A DNA stretch of 63,351 nt, the filler included, from Pelomyxa schiedti (Eukaryota > Protista > Evosea), in NCBI GenBank assembly GCA_020536535.1. It is 5 parts of 5 records of this genome, joined end to end, with 100 filler letters (N's around TTAATTAATTAA, not from the genome) between each part and the next. Parts side by side here need not be neighbours in the genome. Positions count along the whole stretch, not along the records: positions 1 to 26,490 come from JAHLWZ010000517.1; positions 26,591 to 41,299 come from JAHLWZ010000765.1; 3 more parts are not named here. One strand, given 5' to 3'. Made by a program: the position numbers and the translations under genes. The notes beneath the pieces are model-generated. The model was not told where the DNA came from. It was given only the letters and a program-made list of their open reading frames with translations, and did not search any database. This document shows, one piece after another, positions 16,734 to 27,871 of the stretch; position 1 is the stretch's first letter, and each line of letters opens with the position of its first letter.

Positions 16734-19700
16734 ATGTCGGGTGCCAAATACTTCACGACAACAAAAAAAGGTACGTGTATTAACACCGGTCTCTCTTAAA
16801 CGGATCTAACACGGCCGGCCGTTGAACAACTTTTTTTTTTTTTCCCTTTTCGTTTTGACATCGTTTCCCGGACGCCACTCTAGCTGCGTTAACATTTCGT
16901 AAATTAAGTACAAGAATAAAATTAACCAGTACACTAAAGGTGAGATCCATGACTTGAAGGAGGACCTCAACAGTGGTCGGGAAGATCGCAAGGTGGACGC
17001 CGTCAAGAGGATTATTGCCGCTATGACCGAGGGAAAGGACGTCAGCGTGCTATTCACGGATGTCGTCAACTGCATGCAGACTCGCAATGTAGAGCTGAAA
17101 AAACTCGTCTATCTGTACGTTATGAACTACGCAAAAAGCCAACCGGACAGGGCCATCCTTGCCGTTAACACTTTCCAGAGGGTTTGTAACTGTACATGTA
17201 TTGTGTATTGGCGTGAGTGAACGTTTATATTGTAAAAATTCCACTGTTCACTTGCCATTACATGACCAACATTACAGGATGCCTCTGATCCAAATCCTCT
17301 CATTCGAGCCCTTGCTGTAAGAACTATGGGGTGTATCAGAGTTGACAGAATTGTAGAATACCTCACACAACCACTTTCTCTGTGCCTTAAGGTTCACCAA
17401 TTTCCACGAACTGTATTCCTCTAACCAACCTAAGGATTCGGATCCTTACGTACGAAAAACAGCAGCTGTCTGTGTTGCCAAATTGTTTGATATCAACCCA
17501 GAACTGGTTGTTGCTCAAGGTTTCTTGGATCAGCTCAAGGTAAGCTGCACATGGAAAAAGATAAATTGTGATGCGTTATAGGAACTCATTGCCGATCCTA
17601 ATCCAATGGTTATCGCAAATGCAGTTGCCGCTTTAACTGAAATCTCGGAAGTGAGCAAAACGGATGTATTCAAGATTGATGCAACCAATCTTCTCAAATT
17701 ACTTGCTGCCCTTAATGAATGCACCGAGTAAGTTAGTACTTGCGGATATCAGAAAGGATTAATAAAACTTCAGATGGGGGCAAGTCTTCCTGCTCGATTC
17801 CCTCGCCAAGTATACCCCACGCGATGCACATGAAGCAGAGATGATATGCGAACGTGTCACTCCACGCCTCAACCATACCAACAGCAGTGTTGTTCTTAGC
17901 GCTGTGAAAGTTGTAATGCTCATGATTGATCACATGTCGGCGCCCGATGTTGTATCAGCTCTCTGCCGAAAACTCTCTCCGCCTCTTGGTGTGTAATTTT
18001 TACCTCGTTCTCCCACTAAGAATGCGCAGTTACACTGCTTTCTGGAGCAAAGCAGCCGGAGATACATTATGTGGCCCTTCGTAACATTAATATCATCATC
18101 CAAAAACGACCTGAGATTTTGCAGAACGATGTCCGAGTGAGTACCCAATTTTAGTAATTACCTCTTTATTTAATGGAATAAGGTATTTGTATGCAAATAC
18201 AACGACCCGATTTACGTAAAAATGGAGAAACTTGACATCATGATTATGCTAGCATCTGAAAGAAATATCGATCAAATTTTACCTGAGTTCAAGGAATATG
18301 CGACAATGGTTGATGTGGAGTTCGTAAGAAAGAGTGTTAGAGCTATTGGAAGGTGTGCCATAAAGCTTGAGCCTTGCGCCGACAGATGCATACAGGTGTG
18401 CATTATCCCAGGAACCTAATTAGTGACGTGTTGTAGGCCCTGTTGGATTTAATCCAAACTAAAGTTAACTATGTTGTGCAAGAGGCTGTAATCGTTATAA
18501 AGGTTTGTTTTGTTTTTCCGTTGTATTTATTTGTGACTTCTCTTCAAGGACATCTTCCGGAAATATCCCAACAGATATGAAGGCATCATTGCTACTTTGT
18601 GTGAGAATCTCGATTCACTCGATGAGCCAGAAGCCAAGGCATCAATGGTGTGGATTATTGGTGAATATGCTGAAAGAATCGATAATGCGGACCAGGTCGT
18701 TTCCATGTATTAATTTTTAGATCTGACCGACGATCTACAGCTACTTGCTGCTTTCACGGATTCATTTGCTGACGAAACACCTCAAGTTCAACTGCAACTC
18801 CTTACTGCCACTGTAAAGTTGTTCTTAAGAAGACCCAAGACAACTCAAGAGATGGTTCAACGTGTATTGAACACAGCAACACAGGTTCAAATTTCCCAAA
18901 TGCTTACACAAGCGCTGAGATACCTCCTTTGTAGAGTGACAACCCTGACCTTCGCGATCGAGGATTTGTATATTGGCGGCTTCTCTCAACAGATCCCGAG
19001 GCTGCCAAAGGGGTTATACTTTCTGAGAAGCCCCGTATCAATGATACCACTGTGTCTTTGCACGAGCCACTGCTGAGTGAGCTGATGGGTCACATTGCAA
19101 CCTTGGCGTCTGTGTATCACAAACCACCCGAGGCTTTCGTGTCGAAATCGAGAGCACAAGTATGCGCCACTGATTTCTTCACGATTAACTAACCACTTCC
19201 CAGGCAAAGCCCTTCAAGCTGCATGAAGACGATGACGAAGAGCAGGAGTATGACACTACACCAGAACAACCAGTGGTTACACAGGGAACAGGAACAACAC
19301 CAAGCACAGGCTCAAGCACAACCACAACACAAACAGCACCCGTGTCCGGGGCGAAGTCTGTCTTAGATCTCCTGGATCTAGGAACAACATCAACCCCCTC
19401 TACTCCTACGCCAGTCACTCAAGTACCACCCAAATCAACATCCCTGCTGGAGAATGAGTTTTTCTCACAAGCAGCACAACCAGTAAACCTCTGCTTCGTT
19501 TTTTTTTTCCCCGTAATCTTACCATTATCTCAGGTTGTTGTAAAGGAAGTCATCTTGCCGGCCGCAAAAGCAGGAGGAATGGAGCTGAAGGGTGCCTTTA
19601 CTCGCCGAGATAAGCAAGTTTTCCTGGATCTCACTGTTGTAAACGTTTCATCCACGGTGGCAATCTCTCAGCTAGCCGTTCAATTCAATAAAAATAGGTT

Positions 19701-20498
19701 TGCCTCCAGTAATCCAATCTTCACTCCGGTTAATTTATTCTTAGTTTTGGATTGACACCAGCGGCCCAGCCGGCAATGCCAACAACTGCTTTCTTAGGAC
19801 AGTCTGTTGATGTCTCCCTCCCAATTGCATTCAACGGACCTACCACCCCTCCTCCATGTAATTATCTCGATTTTATAAACGATTCGTTTAACAAAACAAC
19901 AGTGTCAAATAGCATACAAGTTGCGATCAAGAACAACGCCAACGTGGTGTATTACTTCGTACTGGAAGTACCTATTTCTGTTCTCCTTGTGGAAACGGGA
20001 ACAGTGGATCAGAACGCCTTCGTTGGAGCATGGAGACAAATACCAAACTCATCCGAGGTAATTTTACTCCCCCGCTCCGGCTTTCCCCCATACTAATCGC
20101 CACACCAGGTTGTTCGCCAGCTACCAATGCCACCCCAGCCCAACTGGTTCTCCGCCATCATGCCAGCAAAGTTCCGCGCTTCCAATATCTTCGAAGTCGC
20201 GCGTTTCAAGATGGAAAATGACGTAAGCTTCCCACCCACTCTTCCAATACGAACCACCCAAACCGCAAACCACAAAAAAAACCAACGCAAACCATAACCT
20301 ACCCATTCTCAAACCGCTAACACAACAATGACTACACAGGATATGATGTACCTCTCCATGAGACTAGTCGACGGCACCATCGTGTTCATGGAATGCACAG
20401 CCACGCCGGGAGCCACGTCGTGCACCGTGTCCGTGCGCTCCACAAACGCTGCCGCAGCCCAGCTCGTCGCTGCCTCTCTCATGAATCTCCTGAGATAA
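16734..20498 (+). CDS. AP1B1: AP-1/AP-2 complex beta-adaptin
   Basis: [22 protein letters not shown]...[45 protein letters not shown]. Also DPYVRKTAA and [24 protein letters not shown], followed by hinge and appendage domains. Confidence 0.95.
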
Positions 20499-20571
20499 AA
20501 ACACCCCCACTTTGTTTTTTCGTTTTTGAGTTTGAACTGAATTGTTTTCTTCTTGGAAACTGAAAACAAAA

Positions 20572-22304
20572 ATGATGATTGGGAAGGGGAGTTTGACGCC
20601 GGGAGGCAGTAGTTGCCTGCGAGGGTTTTGGGGTGTGACAGGTGGCATCTCGGCTGTCATTTTGCAAAATAAACGGGCGAGGGCGACGCGTGCATTGGCC
20701 GAGGATAGTAAACGCGGTGTGACGAAGACAGTGGAAGATGTGGAGGCAACGAGGGCACTGTATAGTGCGTAGAGGGCAGTTGGGTTTTTGGCTTAAAGGC
20801 ACTTATGAATCCACACATTAGAGGGCAAAGTCAGAGAGCACAGTGCGTTTGAGAAGATACCGTACCAGCATTACGATTACTCCCGGGTTGGCAATGCTTG
20901 TTGTGAGAATGTCATTGGGTTGGTTTCAACAACAATTATCCTCATTTTTTTAATTGGGGAAATAATCGCCACTTACAGGTACGTACCCGTTCCGGTTGGG
21001 CTTGCAGGCCCACTTATTGTTGATGGTGTGGAACACTTTATCCCTCTTGCTACTACTGAGGGAGCACTTGTTGCCAGCACTAATAGGGGCTGCAAGGCTC
21101 TATCTGCTTCTGGTATCACTATGTTATTTCAATATTTGTTAACAAGAAAAAATAAATTACCAGGTGGTGTGTCAACAGCATTGCTTCAGGACGGAATTTC
21201 GAGAGCACCAGTTGTGGAGATGGATTCCTTGGAGTCTGCAGTGAGATTGAAAAGTTGGGTTGCTGATAATATGGACTTACTTAGAAAAGCTGTTGGAAAG
21301 ACATCTCAGTACATACATCTATCAACTGCAAGTCTAGTAAAGATCGCGCTAGTTCTCAGTACTTGTAGGTTCACACAACTGTCGCAGGGCGGCTGGTGTA
21401 TCTACGATTTGTCTGCACAACTGGCGATGCCATGGGGATGAACATGATATCTCATGGCGTTGAAGAGGCACTTAAACTGCTACAATCCGAATTTCCTCGC
21501 TTGAGAGTATTGGCGTATGGACTTGTTGCCTTACTGTAACACTAAACAAATACAGAGTGAGTGGAAATATGTGCACAGACAAGAAACCTGCCGCAATTAA
21601 CCTCATCCAAGGAAGAGGTAAGAGTGTAGTGGCAGAGGCGACAATCTCTTCTGCGGTGTGTCGATCAATCCTAAAGAGCCGGCCTCAGGTATTCATACGT
21701 CATCATACCACCTCACTGAGATGCTTTCCAGGATATGGTCCGATTGAACGTGGCCAAGAATATGATTGGTTCTGCTCTGGCTGGAGCCTTGGGTGGTAAC
21801 AACGCACATGCCGCAAATATCGTCGCTGCAATTTTTCTTGCCACTGGTCAGGACTGTGCACATGTTGTTGATAGTAGCTGTTGCCTGACCCAAGTAGACC
21901 TTTGGCACCCATCCGCAAGCGAAGACACTCCTCAAGAGACCACGCAAGAGTCAGACCCCGGCTTGCTGGTATCCTGCACAATGCCATCCCTTGAAGTTGG
22001 CGTGGTTGGAGGAGGCACACAACTGGCTGCCCAGGTACATCTTTTATTGAGAAAATCTTTTCCTCACTTCTTCTAGTCAGGATGCCTCGAACTCTTGGGC
22101 GTGATGAAAGGAAAAACAGGATATGCCGAGCGATCACGAGCCTTGGCTCGACTGGTATACCTTCCTTAATTATACGTCTAGTAACATCACAAACATGCTA
22201 AGATTTGTGCATCTGTTCTGGCTGGGGAGTTGTCCCTTCTTGCTGCACTTACCTCAGGTGACCTAGTGAAAAGCCATCTCCGGCTGAACAGGCATAAACC
22301 ATGA
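20572..22304 (+). CDS. HMGCR: Class I HMG-CoA reductase, catalytic domain with no obvious membrane domain
   Basis: [73 protein letters not shown] and SHLRLNR. Contains introns. Start codon uncertain. Confidence 0.92.
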
Positions 22305-22456
22305 GAAAACGAGCGAGCCAGGACCGGCACTTGGGGTTTCACCAGCTTCTTCGTTGAGAATTGTTGTTTTTTCCTGTTTATTACAAGATCCCACACAGAA
22401 ATTTTTAAAAAAAGTCTGGATTTGGTAAAACGGTTTTTCTTTGTTATGCTCATTTT

Positions 22457-23176
22457 CTATGGTATCATGGTTGCATTGCACCAGCCAGACTTGAGTGTCC
22501 AATTCACAATATACAGGCCCGTTGTTGTGCGGATGTAGTACCAGTACATGCCACCATCTCTGTTGTAACACACGGTTGGAGACACTGTTGTGGTATCAAA
22601 CACCTTGCCCCGATACGAAACGCACGTACCGTGCCCTGGCTTCCACGCTAGAAATTAAGGTCAGGCAAACTCTAGTTCCGACATACCTAACTTGGGGGGG
22701 AAGAAAGAAGTCACACACTGAAGTCAAGCACGGTCCCATTATTGGTTTGCGTAAATACAGTTGGAGAATTCTGAACAGCGTGGAGGATTGTCTTTCCGGA
22801 CTGTATGGAACACATGTAGTTAGACACTTTTCAAAATACAGTTCTAATATTGTCAAGCTTTTTGATTAGACAGCCATAAACATATATATAGTAATGAAGA
22901 TATTTAATCTCAAATGGAATAAGAGTATATATCCGATTAGAGAAGATACCTTGAAGCAGTGGTACTTCTCGCCGGTCCATATGTACACCCAGCCGTCATG
23001 GGCGCTGAACACGGTGGGGCTTATCTCCTCCCTGGGGTACGACTTGCCTCCGTAGCACACGTGGGCGGGTGTTACGCTGAACATCGTGGACAGCTTCTCC
23101 TGCTTGAACGTGCCGCACGGCGCCACGGGCCCCCCCCCCTCGCAGCGCAACCTCGGGCACATCCCCCGTCGACGAC
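22457..23176 (-). CDS. 3' part of an unknown intron-containing host gene with two internal repeats, 5'-truncated by archaeal DNA
   Basis: Exons read HVCYGGKSYPREEISPTV...WVYIWT and TCVSYRGKVFDTTTVSPTV...WYYIRT, which are similar to each other. GT-AG donors at ~22949 and ~22686. Stop TAG at 22457-22459. Confidence 0.55.
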
Positions 23177-23309
23177 CCTTTACCGCACTTTCCAGCAGAA
23201 TAGGGTCAAGTCTCTGGTCAAACTCCATCACCCCACAGAGTGTGGCGTCGCCCATGATCCTGACAGAATTCGTGAACAGATCTAGGGCAGATGCCTCCCG
23301 GGTGTACAT
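23177..23309 (-). CDS. N-terminus of an archaeal condensation-domain/acyltransferase-like protein (truncated at the junction)
   Basis: MYTREASALDLFTNSVRIMGDATLCGVMEFDQRLDPILLESAVK has the FDxxLDxxxLxxA start typical of condensation-domain proteins. Confidence 0.5.
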
Positions 23310-23572
23310 GCACAAAACAAGTATTTTCGAATTAATAAATATGAACTATCGGGAGGATAGGAGCTGAAATGAAAAAGACGACTAGATGAGAGATAATCCC
23401 GAGGATCGCAATGAACCAGCCCGCCCCGTTGATGCCCCCCTGCTCTTTTGCCGGCCTACAGGAAAAACCGGAGTATCATGCGATATTGCATGGTTGATAA
23501 ATCGGGAATTGTCCCCTTTCCAAAACCCAGGTTTTCGGTAATCCCCAAAAATGCTTTCACATCGGCAACATG

Positions 23573-23666
23573 GATCGCGTTCTCGGGGGTCGTCCCGGTT
23601 TTATCCGAACACTGGATATCCAACCCCGCCATCTCCTCGATCGCGGAGAGCCTGTTGACGATCCCC
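23573..23666 (-). pseudogene. Fragment of a P-type (H+-type) ATPase
   Basis: GIVNRLSAIEEMAGLDIQCSDKTGT carries the phosphorylation motif (consensus AIEEMAGMDVLCSDKTGT). The rest of the ~800-aa protein is absent. Confidence 0.75.
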
Positions 23667-24027
23667 AGGAGGGAGGGAGGGAGGTGCCACTCCAAAGCGG
23701 GAGAGGAGGCGCCTCCTCCGTTTTCTGTGTGCGGGTAAAGGGTCGGAGGGGTACCTGTCACTTTCTAGGGCGGGGGAGATGTCCGGCATCTGACCGGGGC
23801 CCCTCGCTTTTTTCCGGTAGCCGCGGGAACAAAGGTTTGACGGACGATCGCGCCTGGGTTAATGGAATGAGACAAGGGAACCGGTACGGAAGGGAGGTTT
23901 GAATCTGCAAGGACAACCAGAGATTTCAGAATAATAGTTCACTCCTGCGAACCGGAAGGCCGATCTTCTGGGGGAGTCAGAGACAAATGCAAAAGTGTTC
24001 GGCTGGGAAGAAATGTACCAGATAAAG

Positions 24028-24099
24028 AGCCGCCGGGGGGAATTGAACCCCCGACCTGCTGATTACGAATCAGCCGCTATGCCGCTAAGCCACGGCGGC
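24028..24099 (-). tRNA. tRNA-Thr(CGT), archaeal type
   Basis: Reverse complement GCCGCCGTGGCTTAGCGGCATAGCGGCTGATTCGTAATCAGCAGGTCGGGGGTTCAATTCCCCCCGGCGGCT folds into a full cloverleaf. Anticodon CGT, no encoded CCA, T-rich 3' flank. TATA-like TTTTAAT about 32 nt upstream. Confidence 0.95.
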
Positions 24100-24161
24100 G
24101 CAATACCTCACAATATCCAACCTCAATCCTATTAAAAGTAGTGAAGAAAAGGAGCCATGAA

Positions 24162-24458
24162 TTATGAATAGCCGCTGAGGGTGGTGACATTCTCTTTGCC
24201 CTGTTGTTCCTTGGGTGCCGAGACCTGCCCGAACTTTTGCTCATAATCGTTCATGGTCTTGGTCAGCACCGCGAGCAGGTTCTTTGCATGGGTGGGGGTT
24301 ATGGAGACGATCGCTTTTGCCCGCGCCTGGTTGACCTGTGGGAGCTGGTGAAGAAAGAGGAAGGTGAACTCGTCTTCCTTGTAGGCAATCTGGATCATAT
24401 TACTGTATACGGGATCGAGGGTCTGGGGAATATTGACCGCAATTTCCTGATTTGTCAT
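24162..24458 (-). CDS. DUF3467 family protein
   Basis: QEIAVNIPQTLDPVYSNMIQI...EFTFLF...ARAKAIVSITPTHAKNLLAVLTKTMNDYEQKFG pattern. Confidence 0.85.
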   Translation of the reverse strand: MTNQEIAVNIPQTLDPVYSNMIQIAYKEDEFTFLFLHQLPQVNQARAKAIVSITPTHAKNLLAVLTKTMNDYEQKFGQVSAPKEQQGKENVTTLSGYS

Positions 24459-24544
24459 GAGGAGAAGATAGGCCTTTCTGGTATGAATATATTGGTCAGT
24501 TCTCCAGCCGGGTTTTTCCTGCCCTTCCCGTAAGTATAATCCGA

Positions 24545-25252
24545 TTGGTTCCCCAACCGGGAGGAGGAGGAGTTATCCTGTCGGCACAACGGGAGCATTA
24601 TACTATCTCGGATCTGGGGCGGGTCCATGCCTGCCCGGTCCGGTACTATTACGAACGAGACGATCCCATCCAGGAATCGGACCGGTACGCAATCTGTAAG
24701 CAGGTCTCGTACCATCTCGGAAAACCGCTCGATTCGGATCTCATCTGGAACGAGGTCCTTGCAGTGCGACCCGGGATCGATATCTCCCTGAGGGAACTTC
24801 TTGAAATGAGCCTCGCAGCCTGTAATAAGAGCTCTTGGAAACCCGCTGTCCAGTATGATGCCCGCGTTATTTCCGATAGACTGGGAATTGCCGGGATGAT
24901 CGACCGGATCGACGCAGATGGGGCATTTTCGATTGTCCGGCCTTCCGGGGCTATGCCGTTTGGGGTCCCTTCAGCCGACCGGCTCCGGATAGCTGCAATC
25001 TCCTTCTGTCTCGAAGAGATGACGGGAAAGGTGGTTGCGGGAGGGTTTCTCGAATATATTCCTGATGGTGTATCCCGGTTTCACGAGGTCCAGCCCCGGG
25101 ACCGACGACAGGTAATTGCCACCCTCCACAAGCTCAGATCGATTCATGAGGGGGGGATGCCAAAGCACCCCCTCAACGCGCCGTGCAACCGCTGTAAATA
25201 CAGGGAAAAATGTGAGAGCAGCGGTGGACACCGGCTCAGCGAACTGCTGTAA
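24545..25252 (+). CDS. Solo Cas4/Dna2-like Fe-S PD-(D/E)xK-fold protein
   Basis: N-terminal ISDL..HACPVRYY, central GMIDRI and C-terminal CNRCKYREKC give the 1+3 Cys 'iron staple'. GGAGG RBS-like run near 24560. Exact start uncertain. Confidence 0.8.
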   Translation: MVPQPGGGGVILSAQREHYTISDLGRVHACPVRYYYERDDPIQESDRYAICKQVSYHLGKPLDSDLIWNEVLAVRPGIDISLRELLEMSLAACNKSSWKPAVQYDARVISDRLGIAGMIDRIDADGAFSIVRPSGAMPFGVPSADRLRIAAISFCLEEMTGKVVAGGFLEYIPDGVSRFHEVQPRDRRQVIATLHKLRSIHEGGMPKHPLNAPCNRCKYREKCESSGGHRLSELL

Positions 25253-25434
25253 CTCAATTCATCTTTTTCTCGCAGGCAAACGTCACCTTGCAGAACCTCC
25301 GGTCTGTTTTCGCGGCCGATACCGGCTGGTCGCATCCTTCCTGCGCTTATGCCACGGGGTAAAGAATTAAGTGAGAGGACGGGCCCTTGAAGGATGAGTT
25401 ATCGGTTGAAACAAGCGCATACCATCGGGGGCAC

Positions 25435-25628
25435 TCACTTTCCCAGCAGCGTTTTTGAGATTATGTACTCGCCGCGGGCTTCGCGCGTAGTCCCGACAAT
25501 GAGCCAGGCTTCGTTCCCGTGCCGCTCGCATATCCCCCGGGCCTCGATAATCTCGCCTTTGAATGCCTGGCCGCTGTACGTATGAGTGAAGGAGAGGACC
25601 CGGCTCACGACCGGGTGTTCAACTTCAT
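25435..25628 (-). CDS. C-terminus of an archaeal predicted nucleotidyltransferase-domain protein (COG1665-like), partial
   Basis: VLSFTHTYSGQAFKGEIIEARGICE...LIVGTTREARGEYI. Cut by an N gap. Confidence 0.65.
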
Positions 25629-25728
25629 NNNNNNNNNNNNNNNNNNNNNNNNNNNNNNNNNNNNNNNNNNNNNNNNNNNNNNNNNNNNNNNNNNNNNNNN
25701 NNNNNNNNNNNNNNNNNNNNNNNNNNNN

Positions 25729-26490
25729 GACGCAACAGCAACTCTTATACCGGAAATGCACGTGAAAGTGAAGTCTTCTCTTGTTGCGGCACAGAAACAA
25801 GTCATGAGCCTTTTGGCAATGAAAAGGATGACTGCCAATCAAACAGCTCCGCACCCTGCACTACCGGATGGCAATTCCACATCCTCATACCCACTGTGCA
25901 TCGAATGTGACAGGGAGCCCATTTCAGTGACATTCCGTCCCTGTGGCCATTCTGTGTGCTGCTCAGCTGTGTGTACCCCCTCTTCTTATTGCTATCCCTC
26001 CTTCACCTCCAATCCACAGTGTGCAAATGTGCTGAAGAAATGTCCATCTCCAATGTGCCGAGTGCCCATTCACGCTCGCGCTCGCAATAACTTTGTTGGG
26101 GAGTGACCCCCAACGAAGTCACCGAAATTTTCCTGTAAATGGAAATTTACATCAGACCTTTGACGGGAGAGACGATAACGCTTGAAGTTGAACAAAATGA
26201 GAGTGTTGCCCGTGTGAAAGCAAGAATATATGGTGTGCGTTGTCGCGGTGCACGTTTTATTTCCCTTTGGTGATGGGCGTAACGCAGTGCTCCCTCACAT
26301 CAAAATAAGCCAAGGAACACATCCCCCCCGACCAACAGCGGCTGTTTTATATGGGAAAACAATTGGAGGATGAAAGAACACTCGCCGATTACGGCATTTA
26401 TCGGTACGAAGCACTGCACCTTGTTTTGAGACCTTTTCGTAAGCCTGGGTATTTCATACAGTGCACCCTTCCAAATGGGCAAAAATGGGA
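25729..26490 (+). repeat. Near-identical second copy (allele or recent paralog) of ~4334-5096
   Basis: Same RING end, intergenic region and MEIYIR start, with a few SNPs and small indels (e.g. SVCCSA vs SVCSA). Confidence 0.92.
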
Positions 26491-26590
26491 NNNNNNNNNN
26501 NNNNNNNNNNNNNNNNNNNNNNNNNNNNNNNNNNTTAATTAATTAANNNNNNNNNNNNNNNNNNNNNNNNNNNNNNNNNNNNNNNNNNNN
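26491..26590. other. Artificial contig linker N44-TTAATTAATTAA-N44 (also at 41300-41399, 57082-57181, 59244-59343)
   Basis: Identical 100-nt construct with a six-frame stop 12-mer occurs four times. Confidence 0.98.
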
Positions 26591-27771
26591 GCTAGACTTG
26601 GCGACCGCGTTTGCCGACGACGTCTGCGGTTGCTGGGGCTCCTCGCCATCCTCTAGTTCCTCTCCTTCCTCTCGCTCGTACGCTGCGATCTTGGGCTCCA
26701 CCGCACCAGACGCCGACATCTCCACCTGGTGTATTTATTTTTTGGAAAGGTTCTTGGCCAAGAAGACGGGGAATTTTCCTTCTTGAGTTCTTTCCCACAA
26801 CTGGTTCTCAGCAGCATTTTCAAGGAGAAGAAGTCTCCTGCGGGAGGCTTGTTTTCGGGGCTCCCGCTCCTCTTGGGTTCATGGCAGAACGTTCCTTGTC
26901 TTAGCCTGTGTTAGGCCGAGGGCCGTTCCATCATGAACACAGGCAACAAACACGGAGGTTAATTTTTTCTTCCCACTCCGCAGCTCACTGTACAGCACAC
27001 CTTTATTTTGGGTTCACAACACACAAACAGTTTTCTTTCAATTTCTATCCTTTGAGGAAACAAACTTTTCATTCAGTTGCTTTGTGTTATGGGTTTTCGT
27101 TGTGACTGTTTTTGCATAGAACTCTGCCTTGGTGTATGTACACAGGTAGTCATGGTACTAGGAGATCAGTGGGGTGGTATTTGTCACATCACTGTTCTCA
27201 TGAGTTGTCAGAGGGTAGGGTCTCTTCAGGGTCAGGGTCTTGATCCCTGGGCTCCTTGACATCAACATCTTCTCCATACCTTCAGTTTTTGGTTAGCGTG
27301 CTGAATGGTAGTTGTTATGACAATAATAACAATAACATACTGGATAGCATGGTCCGCGTGAGCGAGAATCAATTCCACACTGTCGGGATCATTGCTGGAG
27401 AGTGGTAGGAAGTTCACCATGCTGTATGTATCAAGCTAAACAGAGTGAGAGTGCGGAAAATAAAGGGAATGCCTACAAGGGAACATATAGCTTTGTTGAG
27501 CTTTGTAAACCTGCCACCGGTTTCTTTCTCTAACTGATGCATTAATGTCGGCATATCTGGTTCCAGAAATCTTTATCCTTATTGAGTATTTGGGAAAAAA
27601 CTAGTCAAATTAATAGAAATTGATATTTCCCAAACAAAAAATAAATACACCAGGAGGAGATGTCGGTGTCTGGTGCGGTGGAGCCCAAGATCGCAGCGTA
27701 CGAGCGAGAGGAAGGAGAGGAACTAGAGGATGGCGAGGAGCCCCAGCAACCGCAGACGTCGTCGGCAAACG
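26591..27771. repeat. Divergent duplicate of ~28278-29335 (GPN3 3' end and neighbour gene start), ending in an inverted copy of its own start
   Basis: Exons are nearly identical and intergenic parts are more diverged. 27640-27771 is the reverse complement of ~26607-26740. Confidence 0.85.
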
Positions 27772-27871
27772 NNNNNNNNNNNNNNNNNNNNNNNNNNNNN
27801 NNNNNNNNNNNNNNNNNNNNNNNNNNNNNNNNNNNNNNNNNNNNNNNNNNNNNNNNNNNNNNNNNNNNNNN

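Larger units (their letters stand above)
23177..25628. other. Archaeal (Methanomicrobiales-like) DNA segment
   Basis: Intronless, compact, more GC/CpG-rich ORFs, an archaeal-type tRNA without encoded CCA, DUF3467, a Cas4-like gene and a nucleotidyltransferase C-terminus. Taxonomic call is from recalled family resemblance. Confidence 0.85.

Noticed and set aside
20572-22304. HMG-CoA reductase as part of the archaeal insert
   Set aside because: It has several spliceosomal introns and is separated from the junction by another host gene.
24028-25252. Cas4-like gene near a tRNA as a CRISPR locus or integrated element
   Set aside because: No repeat-spacer array, other cas genes, integrase or att duplication are visible.
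26535-26546. Recurrent TTAATTAATTAA between N runs
   Set aside because: Artificial six-frame-stop contig linker. Adjacency across it is meaningless.
27080-27635. Repeat shared with 28770-29335 as a SINE
   Set aside because: Translates as the last exons and 3' flank of GPN3.
27640-27771. Inverted repeat with 26607-26740 as transposon TIRs
   Set aside because: It is coding sequence of the neighbouring gene and lies next to gaps, so an allelic chimera or scaffolding artefact is more likely.
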